Shown in pieces: positions 24,861 through 38,974 of a stretch of DNA of 64,000 bases. The first letter of the stretch is position 1. Each line of letters begins with the position of its first letter. Made by a program: the position numbers and the translations under genes. Source of the DNA: Leucoraja ocellata (taxonomy: Eukaryota). The notes under the pieces were generated by a model. The model saw only the letters and a program-made list of their open reading frames with translations. It did no database searches and was not told the origin of the DNA. The stretch covers positions 11,346,001-11,410,000 of the forward strand of contig JAWMAR010000034.1 of the NCBI GenBank assembly GCA_036785375.1. The letters are read 5' to 3'.

Positions 24861-26094
24861 AATTGAACAGTTTCAGTCAGGAGTTTAAATAGTACTTGAA
24901 ATAGTAATTTAAACTTCATACTTACTTTATAGATCAGCACAAAACTCAGGAGGCTTGTCCCTGGCATGAACATGGGTGCTTTAACTTTTATATTTTCATT
25001 TTAATAGGCAAACCCACAGAATTTTGGGCAACACAGAAACAGACTTAGTTGAAACTTAGAAATGTCTTTAAGGTGCAGATCACAAAGATGTGAGGCATAA
25101 AAAAGTGCAAATAGCAAAAGATCATGTGACAAGTGTGCACAGATAAGCTCATTATAAAAATGTATGAATGCCCTGAATGGTATTATTATTTACCAAGGCT
25201 GAGGCTAATAGCAGAAAGCCAGCAACATTTGAAAAGATTATTGAGGGGAAAATAAAGCATTTGTGTGTAGGCAGCACAAGGCTTGCATTTGAAGTCGATA
25301 GATTATAGAATGAGATGTGGATTTGAGGGCAAGGAGGTACATGGACTTGTGCCAGTCTGCAATAAATCTTTAATTCAACTCTGCTGACAAATAGTTCCTG
25401 TGGTGATGCGATGTTTAATTTATCATTCTTGGAATTGAAGTCAAGAATAAGATTAAGTCAGATAGCAGAAACACTTCACATTTTTCATTTCTCCAAGTAA
25501 TATTTGAGTAATCATGCTGCACTATAAGGATGACTCATTCAGTAGACTCCAAGGTGAAGGTCTAGCAATGAATAAATACATATATTCTAGATTAAAATAT
25601 TCAGATATTAAAATATTCAGATCAGTGTTCTATTTCTTTAGATTATTTTTGAGAAAGAAATCGCTGTAACGTTTTTTTAACAAATTGCTTTGCTCAAGCA
25701 AAGCTGTCAATCATGGCACACCAACGTAGGATTGTTGGGTCTCAGTAATGATGGAATAAAATTGTCACATAATCATAGACTGAACACCTATAAGTACCTT
25801 TCATACTGAATAGTCTTGCTGGCAAAACCCAAAAGAGTAAATGACATTTTAGTATTATTAATTAAGTAAGATGACCGAGTCCTATTGTCATATTCATAAT
25901 GCCCTTGGAGATGTACTTCAAGATAGTGCTTCTCACTGTCCTAGGGTATTATAGGAAGAAAAAACAAAAAATGCACTTTTTTTTTGTCCATCTCATTCAA
26001 CAAATTTTCCCCATTTAATATTTCGCCTAAAAGGTTTAAAATGACTTTACTAGCCTTTGTGGCATAATCATTAAAAAAATAACCCAGGCAATAA

Positions 26095-26752
26095 AAACAT
26101 AGAAAATAGGTGCAGGAGTAGGGCATTTGGAGTTTCGAGCCAGCACTGCCATTCAATATGATCATGGCTGATCATTCAAAATCAGTACCCCTTTCCAGCT
26201 TTCTCCCCATATCCCTTGCTTCCGTTAGCCCAAAGAGAAATATTTAACTCTCTCTTGAATACATTCTGTGAATTGGCCTCAACTACCTTCTGTGGCAGAG
26301 AATTCCAAAGATTCACAACTCTCTGGGTAAAAAAGTTTTTCCTCATCTCAGTCCTAAATGGCCTACCACTTATTCTTAAAACGTGACCCCTGTTTCTGGA
26401 CTCCTCCAACATCGGGAACATTTTTCCTGCATCTAGCCTGTCCAATCCCTTAAGAATTTTATATGTTTCAATAAGATTCACTCTCATCCTTCTAAATTCC
26501 AGTGAATACAAGCCCAGTCAATCCATTCTTTCATCATATGTCAGTCCCGCCATCCCAGGAATTAACCTGGTGAACCTATGCTATACTCTCTCAATAGCAA
26601 GATTGTCCTTCCTCCTATTAGGAGACCAAAACTGCACACAATACTCCAGGTGTGGTCTCATTGGGGCCCTGTACAACTGCAGTAGGACCTCAAATCCTCT
26701 TGCTAAAAAGGCCAACATGCCATTTGCTTTCTTCATTGCCTGCTGTACCTGC
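26095..26752 (-). mobile_element. CR1-type LINE 3' fragment
   Basis: KKANGMLAF...RPHLEYCVQFWSP...ETYKILKGLDRLDAG...FFTQRVVNLWNSLP across frameshifts, with the 3' tail at ~26095. Confidence 0.88.
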
Positions 26753-27181
26753 AATGGCCTCTCTATTGTTTTTGGTATTTGTTTGTGGCATGGATCAAGT
26801 GCTGTAGAACCTAACCCCACCATTTGGCATCTGGTGTGTACCCCTGCAGGACATGTCTCCTCATGTACACATCCAGGCTCTCTCCGAGGTTGCTGCCTCT
26901 ACTATATTTCACAGTTTCTACAGATCCTTACCACTTTATTCTTTATCTTCCCTGATCCTTCTATCAATTCAAAGCTAAGCTCCCTGGTTTAAGACCCTCA
27001 ATTAAGGGAAATTAAGGCTTTTATTTAAACATATAGGCCTATAATTTTTTTTAATTAAAAATTCTCACTGCAAAACGCTGTCATCAGAAGCCATGAAATG
27101 CCTTGCCGTCAATAATCATGGCAGAATGGCACATCTCTGACAGCATGTTTTTGGTTTCTCACCCATACTAACTCATTAATA

Positions 27182-27290
27182 TGTAGGAAGGAACTGCAGA
27201 TGCTGTTTTGGGTCGAGACCCAAAACGTCACCATCCCTTCTCTCCAGAGATGCTGCCTGTCCCGCTGAGTTACTCCAGCTTTTTTTTGTA
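27182..27290. mobile_element. Short inverted Penelope-like insertion with 13-bp TSD
   Basis: TAACTCATTAATA at 27169-27181 and 27291-27303; orientation switches at TTTTGGGTCGAGACCCAAAA. Confidence 0.75.
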
Positions 27291-28269
27291 TAACTCATTA
27301 ATAGACCGATTAGTATTAACGATCATGTTGCCTTTATATTGTTATCTCAAAATGTTATTATTGATTAAGTAAGCTGACCAAGTCCTACTGTCATACTTAT
27401 AATGCCCTTGGAGAGGTACTTCAAGATAGTGGGACAAAATAGTTCTCACTCTCCCTATTACTTCCCAATTACAGGAAGTAATCAAAAAATCCATGGTTTT
27501 TTTCCTCTCCTTGTTAACAAAAAATACATTTTTAACAAAGCCATCAAAATCTGCCTGCAATATGGCTTCTTCAGGCCTGCACTAAATATCTGCCTGATTT
27601 TATTCTCTCAGAGAGAATATCGATGTGGCATGTTGTGTGTTTTTTTGTGAGTCTGACCACCATGCTGTGTAACAGTATTTCTTCATAACAACAGACATTG
27701 AGTAAATGGCGGACCACCAGTATGTGGCGTATTTAATTTTTAAAGCAGCTAAGTTTTAAGATTGTCAGGAAGATCAATGCACTAAACACAGATCCTTCTG
27801 ACAGACAAATAACCTGGGTGATTTTCAGAGGCAATTAATTGTGTTATGATGCAAGGAAAAAAATTAATGTAACAAACAATTGTTTACAAATTTGCAACCA
27901 ATTATATTTTCAGGCACTATTACATTTATCAAACAACAATTACAAAATTTGGATCAACAGATGGCGAAATACTGTGCTGCTATCTGTGATACAGAATTTA
28001 TCAATTTCACCATTTATCCCAGTATGTTATAATGCTTGCAAAATAACTGCACATACAGATACCATCATTACATGCTCATTATGCTAATTCATCTGCCTGA
28101 GAACTGAGTTTGGAAACTTATTATTTTCCCTTTGTTTCTATTTGCCATTTGCCCTTGGCAATGATGCCTTATTCCACTTGTCAAAGACTGCTAAAGAGTT
28201 GTGAAGTGTAAAAACGGTTCTAAGGACTTTCAGCATGGCCTCCTTCCTATTTTATAATTCAATGGCGTC

Positions 28270-29415
28270 AATTATACGGAGTCAATTATAAAAGATGAAA
28301 TAGCGGCACATTTGGATAGCAGTAGCAGGATTTAGCATCGATTTATGAAGAGGAAATCATGCTTGACTAATCTTCTGTAATTTTTTGAGGATGTAACTAG
28401 GAAAATGGACAAGGGACAGCCATTGGATGTTGTGTACCTGGACTTTCAGAAAGCATTTGATAAGATCGCACATGGGAGATTAGTGGTCAAAATTAGAACA
28501 CATGGGTGGCAGTGTGAACTGTGAGGAGGATGCTATGAGGATGCAGGGTGACTTGGACAGGTTGAATGAGTGGGCAGATGCATGGCAGATGCAGTTTAAT
28601 GTGGATAAATGTGAGGTTATCCACTTTGGTGGCAAAAACAGGAAGGCAGATTATTATCTGGATGGTGTCAAGTTGGGAAAAGGGGAAGTACAATGAGATC
28701 TGGGGGTCCTTGTTCATCAGTCACTGAAAGTAAGCATGCAGGTACACAAGGTAGTGAAGAAAGCGAATGGCATGTTGGCCTTCATAACAAGAGGAGTTGA
28801 GTATGAGAGCAACAAGGCCCTTCTGCAGTTGAACAGGGCCCTAGTGAGACCACACCTGGAGTATTGTGTGCAGTTTTTGGCCTCCAAATTTGAGGAAGAA
28901 CATTCTTGCTATTGAGGGAGTGCAGCGTAGGTTTACAAGGTTAATTCCCAGGATGACGGGACTGTCATATGTTGATAGAATGGAGCGGCTGGGCTTGTAT
29001 ACTCTGGAATTTAGAAGGATGAGAGTGAATCTCATTGAAACATATAAGATTATTAAGGGTTTAAACACGGTAGACCCAAAAAACCTGTTCCCGATGTTGG
29101 GGGAGTCCAGAACCAGGGGCCACAGTTTACGGTAATAAGGGGTAAGCAATTTAGAACAGAGATGAGAAACAACTTTTTCACACAGAGGGTTGTGAATATG
29201 TGGAATTTTCTGCCTCAGGAGGCAGTGGGGGCCAATTCTCTGTATGCTTTCAAGGGAGAGTTGGATAGAGCTCTTAAAGATAGCGTAGTCAGGGCATAAG
29301 GGGAAAAGGCAGGAACCGGGTACTGACTGTGGATGATCAGCCACGATCGCAATGAATGGCGGTGCTGACTCGAAGGGCCGAATAGCCAACTCCTGCACCC
29401 ATTGTCTATTGTCTA
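28270..29415 (+). mobile_element. CR1-type LINE ORF2 fragment with internal deletions
   Basis: KSCLTNLL*FFEDVT...VVYLDFQKAFDK, WQMQFNVDKCEVIHFG, RPHLEYCV, RTRGHSL; contains stops and frameshifts; (CTATTGT)n tail. Confidence 0.9.
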
Positions 29416-31299
29416 TAATGGCATGTTATCACATTGATAAAATGAACATTATGTGAAGTAAGACTCATCAGACCTGTTTTACCGTTGTTGGCAAAAAAAC
29501 TGGGTTCGAAAGGCTTACAAAAGGGAATATTCTAAACATATTTATAGAACTTTATAAAAATCAATGGCTAGTTTCATTGTGACATGTATGTATCATCCAT
29601 GCCACTGGCACTGCAAGGATGAAAGTTAGTTGATTCATTTATAATCCACCAAAATCTCTGTTTGGGAACACAACAAATATAAATTGGACCAGAACCAAAC
29701 TGTGTTTTCCAATGTGTGACATTTTGTTGACATTTCCAAATATCCAAAGTATTATTATGGGTTTTACTGGATGAAGAATCATTTGGCATTTAGTCAAGGT
29801 TACCCTTGTACTTGACATGTTACATTGTGCAAGCTTTCCAAAGCCTTTCAGCACTGCTAAGCTTACATTTGAGGATTCAATAATTCTAGATTTCATGTGC
29901 ACCGATTAGTTTTGTTTGATTAATTCATCTTCCAAAAAGTTTTATGCAAGGAACATACTAGTAAAAGAACAATGACAACAAGATAGAGTTTCAACCCTTC
30001 TGTTAGTTCCTCAAATGGAGACATTTTTGATGAAATTATTGAATTAGTGACAGTCAACTATCAATAAGTTACTGATTTCACATGTTCTCACTGAGTCCAA
30101 TAGAGTCATACATTAATAATTAGCCTAACTTGAGGAGCATGAAGTATTCTCATCCAAATCTTTAAGCAATGATTAATTTGATGGCCAACATACCTTTTCT
30201 GGTATAAACCAGATGGAAAGCTGCTTAGGTGTGGCACAGAAAGATGTTTGACATCTCAAAGCCGCGAGGCAACAGGAGTCTTCAAAAGAGGCAGGAGAAA
30301 ATATATACATTCTCTGCAAATAACAAAAATAAAATAAAGAAAAGTAACTATTGTTTTAGAGGATGGATGCAGGGAGACAGATCAAACTGTCTTGCTTCCC
30401 CAAATGCTACCATAAAACATGAAGTTCTGTGCAAGAGGATAGCACTATGGTAAAATTTGGGACTACGGATCAATTATGACCAAAAAGTTACCGTGCAACT
30501 TGACCATAACTGATGATGGTGTGCAATTCAAATTAAAATGTAAAACATAGCAACTCGTCTGAATTCAAAAGGTCCAGATGCTCCCTTATGAACATGATGT
30601 TAAAATGCCCATCGCACTATAGGATTACTATTGCTGAATCTCAATTACAGTTTTAAATCCAAGAGAATGTTTCCAATGGGTTGTTGAATTTATATCTAAT
30701 ATAACTTTAATAACCATTAGGACAGCATATTTAACCACAAGAAAAAGCCACAAATAGAATGTCTCTTAATGGAGTAGTTGCATCTGCCATACATTTTAAT
30801 TAGTGTCAGAGCATATTAGCAAAAGGAAATGTAACCTGCCTCTGTTAGTATTCTTGAATGACTCTGAGGTTAACCTGTTCATTGTCCTACAAAGTCAAAC
30901 CACGCCACATTACTTGTGTGTGCTGGAATAATATTGTAAAATTGTGTAAAAAAACACATTGCTCATAACCTCCCAAAATTCCTCACAATGGCAAATTGAC
31001 CACAGCAAGTGAACAATCCAACCAGTCCCATTACACTCTGGCTATACTATCAATATTAAGCAAAGTAAGGAAATATGTTGAAAGAAGCCCCCGCAAGTTG
31101 CATTTACTCACAAATAGCTTATGTAACTTATATATCAAGAATGCTTAAGCATTCTTTGAGTAAATGAGGCATTAGGAGCCATAATAAAACTGGTCAATAC
31201 AATCATAGGATTTTTTTAATTAATTGGAATCACGCCCAGTATAAAGCTGTAGTTGTTAAGATGCCAATTGTTCAAATTACAGGACATTACAGTTACAAT

Positions 31300-31405
31300 T
31301 ATGGCAGTATCGTAAGCCCAATCATTTTTACCTACATCAATGATTTGCCTTCCTCCAAATGGCAAGGAATCTGGATCTTCACTGACGAATGTGCCATATG
31401 GCCTC
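31300..31405 (+). mobile_element. Ancient LINE reverse-transcriptase remnant
   Basis: Reads GSIVSPIIFTYINDLPSSKWQGIWIFTDECAIW, resembling RT motifs QGSVLSPLLF..YINDLP...FADD. Confidence 0.5.
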
Positions 31406-33675
31406 ATTGAGAACTCCATTTGGTTGGCATGGCCAAATTGCACCAAAGCACCTGTCTCTGTGCTCGATTGATCTAAGTAACAATGCAATGGAGCAAAACC
31501 GCACAACATTCAGGTTTGGTCTGCTAACAAGAAACATTTGCACCATTGCAACCAGTTACTGATTGTCTCCATCTAGTAGTCTAAACATCTCCCTTGATAT
31601 TCAAGAACATTGTGCAAATTTGAAGTCAGCGCCAAAGCACATTTTCTTACATTTAAAACGATCAACTTGACATCAGTTCCCATCCATTCATGTCAAGGGG
31701 AATAGGCCAGTTGCATTTTTGTTTGCAATGTAGTGACAGGCCAGCCAATGTTCATAAGTTATGTAGCAGAATTTGGACTTTCTGCGCAAATGAATGGTTA
31801 ATGCGAAGAACACAAAAGTGGACTATGAGCCGGATCTTGTTTGCTTATGCTCGTAGCTCCTAATTGAAATTTCCCGAATTAAATACATTAAGACTGGGTT
31901 TAAATCAGTCTTCTTTATTCTTCTCAGTCTTGAAAAAATTCCCGATATCTGCAGAATTGTGCAGAACTAGATCAGAAACAGGATGCAAATTTCCATAGAT
32001 GTCAATGGGGATTGGAAGGCAGCTGATCAGGAAGCAAAGATGGAAAAAATATTTCCTTAAAAGTTTTGGTTTAGTTTGATGTATTTAACTATATCTTGGT
32101 GTTTTCAGATTTCATTTATTTAACCTTTTCTTATATATGATATATGTAAGAAAAAATATAAAATTCCTTACAACTTTGACTGTCAATAAAGCTGAGGATA
32201 TGTCTGCCGTCAACACTTTTTAGAGGCTTTTGGGGGCTGGACATTACCGTAGGCAGGCTGTCATTTGGGTCATGTTGGTGCTCATTTTGTTTTGCACCAG
32301 CCAGATACGCCTTCCGAGTCAGATAAGTATAGTTGGGGATTTATGTGGTGAGAATTTCATTATGGGGGTGGGGTATGGATTCAGGCCAGCAAGTCAGGCA
32401 CAAAGGCTTGGAGGAGGAGTTTGGTAGAGACATTATGAAGAAAACCCCATAAGATATACAGTGCCTAAATTAAGGACTTAGATTTGGAATTTTAAACAGC
32501 TCTCGTTGAGGTATGGCAATGAAAATTGAACAAAATTGTTATTGGATGCCACAGTGTTGGAAACAAGTATGCATTCAGGGTTCTGAAGACTGAAAATAGA
32601 ATCTGAGAAAACAAAGCGTTGAGATGAAGTTGCACAATAATGAGATTAACCGGTTGGGTCAGATATTTCACAACCAGCTTTATGTGTCGGCTATTCATAT
32701 AAACATCAAGCAAACTACCCTTTACATTGGTAGAACAAGTAAAGGTCTGAAAGCAACTGAAAGAGACTGGAATGACAGCATCGTAAATTAATTGCTTAAA
32801 AAAATTACTAAATGTTTTCCATCTTTCCCTTTTTAAGGTATAGACATGAATCATTCAGTTCAACCATGGTTCAATGAAATCTTCTAACAAATCTCTGCTG
32901 ACAAGTGTTGGTTTATGCATGCTTTTATAAATGCTGTTTTACACTGTCCCTCAAATTTATTCCATTAACTTTCCTTACTCCGATGTTCTAGTTAATATTT
33001 GATGAGATCAATTCTAATGCTACATTTTCTGATCCCATTGATAAACAAAGGCAATGCATGAGATAAAACAAGGGGATTTAAAGGCTCGGCAACATACTAG
33101 GTGGTTTCCTTATCTATTCTGCCATCAAGGAAATTGAAAAGACAACAAATACTAACTTATATTATAATTCTCTTCCTGGTTACTGTATCACAGATATTAC
33201 AAAGACAGCTCATTCCTCTCGAATGTTATTGCTTCATTAAAAGAATTATATTTACATTCATAAAATAAAGTTAAATAACACCAGAATGTTGAGACTGTAA
33301 GGAAGTGAGGATGAATTTACTGTGCTGTGTTGTTGACAATATATTAATTTTCTCAGTTATTTGAGTAAAATTACCAGCACTTGTTAATACATTGAATGGG
33401 GTTAAAGGAATTGTATTCAGAATATCGAGATATATATAGGCAAAATTGACACCATTGCTTTTCGTAACATGCGTAAATGATTTGGACACGAGTGCATAGA
33501 GCAGAAGTTCCAAGTTTGCAAATTAAGCATAATTTGGAGATTATGTAAACTGTGAGGAGAAAGGAAATATAAACAGGCTAATGGAATTGGCTAAGTGGCA
33601 AATGAAATTTAAGAGTGAGAAATGTGGTGCTACATGATGCTTGAGGGAGTAAGAAGTAACAATATGAATAAGAGG

Positions 33676-33936
33676 TAGACAAAAATGCTGGAGAAACTCA
33701 GTGGGTGAGGCAGCATCAATGGAGAGAAGGAATAGGCGGCGTTTCAGGTCGAGACCCTTTTTCAGACTGATGTCGGGGTGGAGGAGGGGGGGGGGGGGGG
33801 GTGCGGCGGGGGAAAGAAAGGAATAGGCGGAGACAGTCCATTTTCTGTGGAGAGAAGATGCTACCTCACCCGCTGAGTTTCTCCAGCATTTTTGTCTACC
33901 TTCGATTTTTCCAGCATCTGCAGTTCTTTCTTAAAC
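33676..33936. mobile_element. Inverted Penelope-like insertion with 14-bp TSD
   Basis: ATATGAATAAGAGG at 33662-33675 and 33937-33950; the left arm is - strand and the right arm is + strand. Inserted in an old CR1 fragment. Confidence 0.8.
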
Positions 33937-35351
33937 ATATGAATAAGAGGACACAATTCTGAAACTGGGCCAATTAAATTTGGTGTTATATGTACCAAAT
34001 TCATGGCAGGACTGGTAATGGATCTTGGGATTTTAAATGGAGAAGAACAAGAACATGTTGAACTTGATAAAACAGTGGTTCTGCCACAGCTGGTGTTATG
34101 ATTGCTTTGTACTAAGAGAACTGTGAAGGCTTTAGGGAAGGATGGTGTAGAGATTTATTGAAATAATTACTTCATTCAGAAACCTATGTGGATAGATAAG
34201 AGAAGCTGTGATTGTTCTTGGAAAGGCTACAAGAAGATCTCTTCAAGGATTCAAGACATGTAGTGTGTACACAGAATAGATAGAAACTCTTCCCATTGGC
34301 AGAATTACGAAGAACCAGAGGGCACTGAATGATGATGATTGTCAAATGAGTTTTTTTTTTACACAGCAAGTGGGTAGAGTCTGAAAGGTGCTGCTAGGGG
34401 TAGTGGAGGAGTGAGGTACAATTGTAGCTTTTAAGATGGAGCTGAATATGCCTCAAAGGAATGATTCTTTGGGGGTTTAGGGAAAAAGACCAGCTGGATA
34501 AATTTTACATGGAGCCAAGCACTGACTGACTGAATGGTCTTTTTCGATAGAATATAGAACAGTACAGCACAGGAATAGGCTCTTCGGCCCACCATGAGTA
34601 AAACTTAATATAACCATATAACAATTACAGCACGGAAACAGGCCATCTCGGCCCTACAAGTCCGTGCCGAACATCTTTTTTCCCCTTATGATTGCCCTAG
34701 CAGCTCCTTCCGGACTGTGCGTTTAATGTCACCTGAGCATATTTTAAGTCATTTGTGGGCTGGTAGAAGAAAGTCTGATTATAAAACCTGTTGATTATCA
34801 TCAAATACATGATTGTTAATGTTTTGTATGGAAACTCTGGACCACATTATGTGCTCCATTAACTCACTCTCAGAACAGATGGGTAATAATAACACATTTG
34901 CCATTGTCAACAATATCCTGAGAATAAATTGAAAATAGAACTCTCTATTTTTGTAAATACTCACGGATAGCTCCGTTGTGTGACTTGTGAAATGAGGCAT
35001 GGAATTCTATTTAGTGAATTGGTCTGGTGTTATTTTCCTTGTGACTACTAAGTTTGCAGCACACAGTATGATTAGTGAATTCCAAACAAAATAAATGTCA
35101 GCATTAGTGTTTTTGTTACATGGCATTTCCTTGTGAAGAGACAATCACAGATACAATGAACAACAATGTATTGGTGGACATTCGAAAGCTTCAGTTGTTC
35201 GTTGATTAACAACTCAAGTATTCAGTTTAATGACAGTGAATGATTATTCTGAGAGAATCATTCCCTCAATTGTGAACACAATGCACAGGCACAATGGGCA
35301 GAATGGCCTTTTTCTGTAAATTTCTATGATGACCATTTGGACAGAGATACA

Positions 35352-35512
35352 CTATTTCAAGAGAGAGTTAGATTTAGTTCTTAAGGCTAAATGGACCAAG
35401 GGATATAGGGAAAAAGCAGGAACGGGGGATGATTAGCCATGAACATATTGAATGGTGATGCTGGCTCGAGTTGCCGAATGGCCTACTCCTGCACCTATTT
35501 TCTCTGTTTCTA
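35352..35512 (+). mobile_element. CR1-type LINE 3' UTR fragment
   Basis: TTCAAGAGAGAGTTAGAT...GAATGGCCTACTCCTGCACCTATTTTCT. Confidence 0.75.
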
Positions 35513-37285
35513 TTTCATTGAGCCAATTATTCACATAAGTTTAAATAGGTTATTTCACTGGGATGGGAGTAACATAGTTTAACATAATCCTGTTCTAACC
35601 AAGCATGCACTTTCCATCTGGGTCACTGGACATGAGCGAGGAATGGAAACACCCGCTAATTTACCTCACCTTAGGGGCAGGGATTATTTGTAATGTTCCA
35701 AATACCAACTTCACGAAAATCAGCAAACCCAAAACAAGCTGGCAGTCAAACATGGGATCTTCTGGCTCATACTGTCTTTCTCAGTGCCATCTAATAAGTA
35801 TTTTAATGCAAATTACATTTATCCATGAATATGTGATGATAGAGTAGATTAATTTTGATAAATTTAGAATTTGTGCTCACCAATTAAATATAGAAACAAA
35901 CAGATTTTGCAGAATGCAGCAGAGGAGAGAAGCTGCTGTCAGTGTGAATTGGCTGACGTGGGTGCAAACTGCACCTGCTACTCTTATGCCCCTAATGCCA
36001 TAATATCTCCTGGCAGATGCTCTCAGCGGTCCTGTTGAAACTAAACTATCAACATGGGAATATGCTTGCTATTATAAATTTCCACAACACTGAAAAGAAT
36101 ACTGTTTTGTTTTCAAATCCTCTCCCGATGATTTTCTAAATAATATATCCCTACATTAAAAAAAAACTTATCAAAATAATAAAATTGATTCTTAATGAAT
36201 AAAACAATACAATAATATTAATTTCATTACAAACCGAATGAATAAGAATTGAGGAAATGCTTTCATGGTGGGTTAGCCTCTTTGTTATTCTATGTTACCT
36301 GTCAATCTAATCCCTATAAACACCTTTCCTATCCTGTTATGATTTGATCTGTACACTCAATTTTTAAATTCTGATCTTTCTTTGTCTCGACCCTTCATGT
36401 TCCTCTCCAGAAATCTCCCTTTTATGATCAGAATTTATTCTCCTTTTCTGATTGGCACTGTCATTCTGCCCCATGACTTTAAATCTGCAAAATGATCTTC
36501 CTCAGACTTCTTTCTTTCTCTAAATTACATACACTTAAACCAAAGTGTGTCATCACACTAGCACTAAGAAAGAAAATGTTGCCACTTTTCGTAGCACTGC
36601 CTAATGTCTACAATAATTTTTGGTATTAAGAGACATTAAATGTTGCTTTTAAAAAATGTCTGCATTAGTTGAGGACTTTCACGGATGTTTCAAGTTCAAA
36701 TTTTCAGTTAAATTACAAAATTAAGATTATATCTGGTAATGTGTGGGCCAAATCCTAAAAAGTAAACATGATAGACTTTTATTAAAAACTCAACTAACTA
36801 TTCTTACTGACTGTCCTACACTTGACTTCCGATCTACACTGTAGGTTTAATTTTAAACCAAGCTTCCTGTCAAAAATGGTGTCATGATGATGCGTTGGCA
36901 TTTGTGTCAGACTCACTCCTCTCAATATTTAAAATTGCCCTAATTTATTAAACTAATTCTCCCTTTCCCCCCCACACAAAAGCAATGCCTGACATTGGAC
37001 TCTTAGCTACAATGTAAACTCTAAATTTTTCTAATCAAAATATTTAAATTTAGGTTGGGGGTTGAGCAGTTTAAACGCTAATTATGATTCCTATCATATC
37101 CTAATCTATGTTTTCCTTTTCTATTTTAGATAATGCCCTGTCAGCATTTTCTTATTAACTAATAATATTGCTTTTCATTCAAATTCCTTGAAGCCACGAA
37201 GATATTGTGTATGTAAAAAATGAAATCACTTTTAGTTTTGAAACTTGGAACAAAAACAAAGAAAACAAATATATTTTAATTGATA

Positions 37286-37498
37286 AGACACAAAATGCTG
37301 GTGTAACTCAGTGGGACAGGCAGCAACTCTGGAGAGAAGGAATGGATGATGCTGCCTGCCCTGATGAGTTACTCCAGCATTTTGTGTCTTATCAATTAAA
37401 ATATATTTGTTTTCTCTGTTTTTGATCCAAGTTTCAAAACTAAAAGTGATTTCATTGTTCTTCGATTTAAACCAGCATCTGCAGTTCTTTCCTACACA
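37286..37498. mobile_element. Inverted Penelope-like insertion containing an inverted copy of its flank
   Basis: TSD TTTTAATTGATA (37274-37285, 37501-37512); 37390-37456 is the reverse complement of 37219-37285. Confidence 0.75.
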
Positions 37499-38284
37499 TT
37501 TTTTAATTGATAGATGCGTAACAAAAATTCAGACTAGATTTAGGAAATTCTAATCCAAATACAGCAGCGGGGCCAAAATTCGTTGTAAGTTAGAAGCATA
37601 GTTGACATTAGTTAACATTAAATTATCAGGAGGGAATTGGTCTGTGTATAGGGTGTTTAATTTGACAGTACAACTACTGGTCGAGTCACACTATGAAATC
37701 ATAACTGAAACTAAAGCTAAATTTATATCAAATTCATGCAAAACCTAATACATTCCATAACCATAGTGTTACAGTGCAGAAGTAGGCAATTAGGCCCTTG
37801 GTTTCATGGCTGGTGTTTTGCTTACTAGAGACATCCAGTCTGATCCCACTTGTCTTTCAACATGGCCTTACAACATAATATTGGGAGGAATTAAAAGACC
37901 CTGCTTCAACAATACTTTATGACACAGAATTCTTCCATTCTAAAAACTCTTGAACTGTGATTATCACTGTGTAATTTGTTATCATCTCCTTTACTGGTGC
38001 GAAATACTCCAACTGTTTTACTAAGCACAACTGTTCATTATCTAGCAGAACTTTTAAGACAATTTTTACACCAGTTAGTAAGATTAATGTCTCAAGTCTA
38101 TCTCTGAGACCCCTATCCCTTTGTTCCCTTTAACTTTAGAGTGAATATTGTATCTTTCCTATTTCTTTTACTTCCAAATGTGGGGGAAGATGAAATGTCA
38201 AATTATGACCAACTGTGACTGAAACAAGGCATATGCAAACTAAATAGTATCTTCTTGTTTTATATTGCCAGAAGCTTAGATCCG

Positions 38285-38615
38285 TTTCAGTTTAGTTTAG
38301 CTTATTTAGCTAATCAGTCTGCATAAAGGCAGAACATGATAACAGTCGAGCCATTTACAGTGTATAGATACATGATAAGGGAATAACGATTGGCAGTAAA
38401 GTCCAATCAAAGATAATTGAGTGACTCCAATGAGATAGATAGCACTTCTGGACAGCTCTTTGGTTGTAGTAGGATGATTCAGTTGCCTGATAACAGCTGG
38501 GAAGAAACTGTCCCTGAATCTGGAGGTGTGCGTTTTCACACTTCTATACCTTTTGCCCGATGGGAGAGGGGAGAAGAGGGAGTGGCCAGGGTGTGACTCA
38601 TCCTTGATTATGCTG
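38285..38615 (-). mobile_element. Rex1/Babar LINE 3' end (second family)
   Basis: DESHPGHSLFSPLPSGKRYRSVKTHTSRFRDSFFPAVIRQLN with an (AAACT)n-like tail. Confidence 0.8.
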
Positions 38616-38637
38616 CAATAGAACAAATGAATGAAAT

Positions 38638-38920
38638 ACACAAAATGCTAGAGTAACTCAGCAGGACAGGTAGCACCTCTGGAAAAAAAGAATGGGTGAC
38701 GTTTCGATTCGAGACGTTTCTGGGCTGAAGAAGGATCTCGACCCGAAACATCACCCATTCCTTCCGTCCAGAGATGCTGCCTATCCTGCTTTCCTTCCTT
38801 CCTCCCCCCCCCCCAACCCCCCATCAGTCTGAAGAAGGGTTTCGGCTCGAAACGTCGCCTATTTCCTTCGCTCCTTAGATGCTGCTGCACCCGCTGAGTT
38901 TCTCCAGCAATTTTGTGTAC
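38638..38920. mobile_element. Cluster of Penelope-like terminal repeats with two hammerhead-like cores
   Basis: Inverted arm at 38638-38720; CTGAAGA-A-stem-GAAAC cores at 38725-38752 and 38829-38856. Confidence 0.7.
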
Positions 38921-38974
38921 ACATATATACATATACATATACACACAAATATATATACACACATATAATTATAT

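Noticed and set aside
31216-31509. 97-aa minus-strand ORF that looks protein-like
   Set aside because: It is the antisense of a degraded LINE RT remnant on +.
38101-38130. miR-125-like TCTCTGAGACCCCT
   Set aside because: Seed mismatch and no downstream star arm; I saw no miR-99/100, let-7 or miR-125 cluster in the window.
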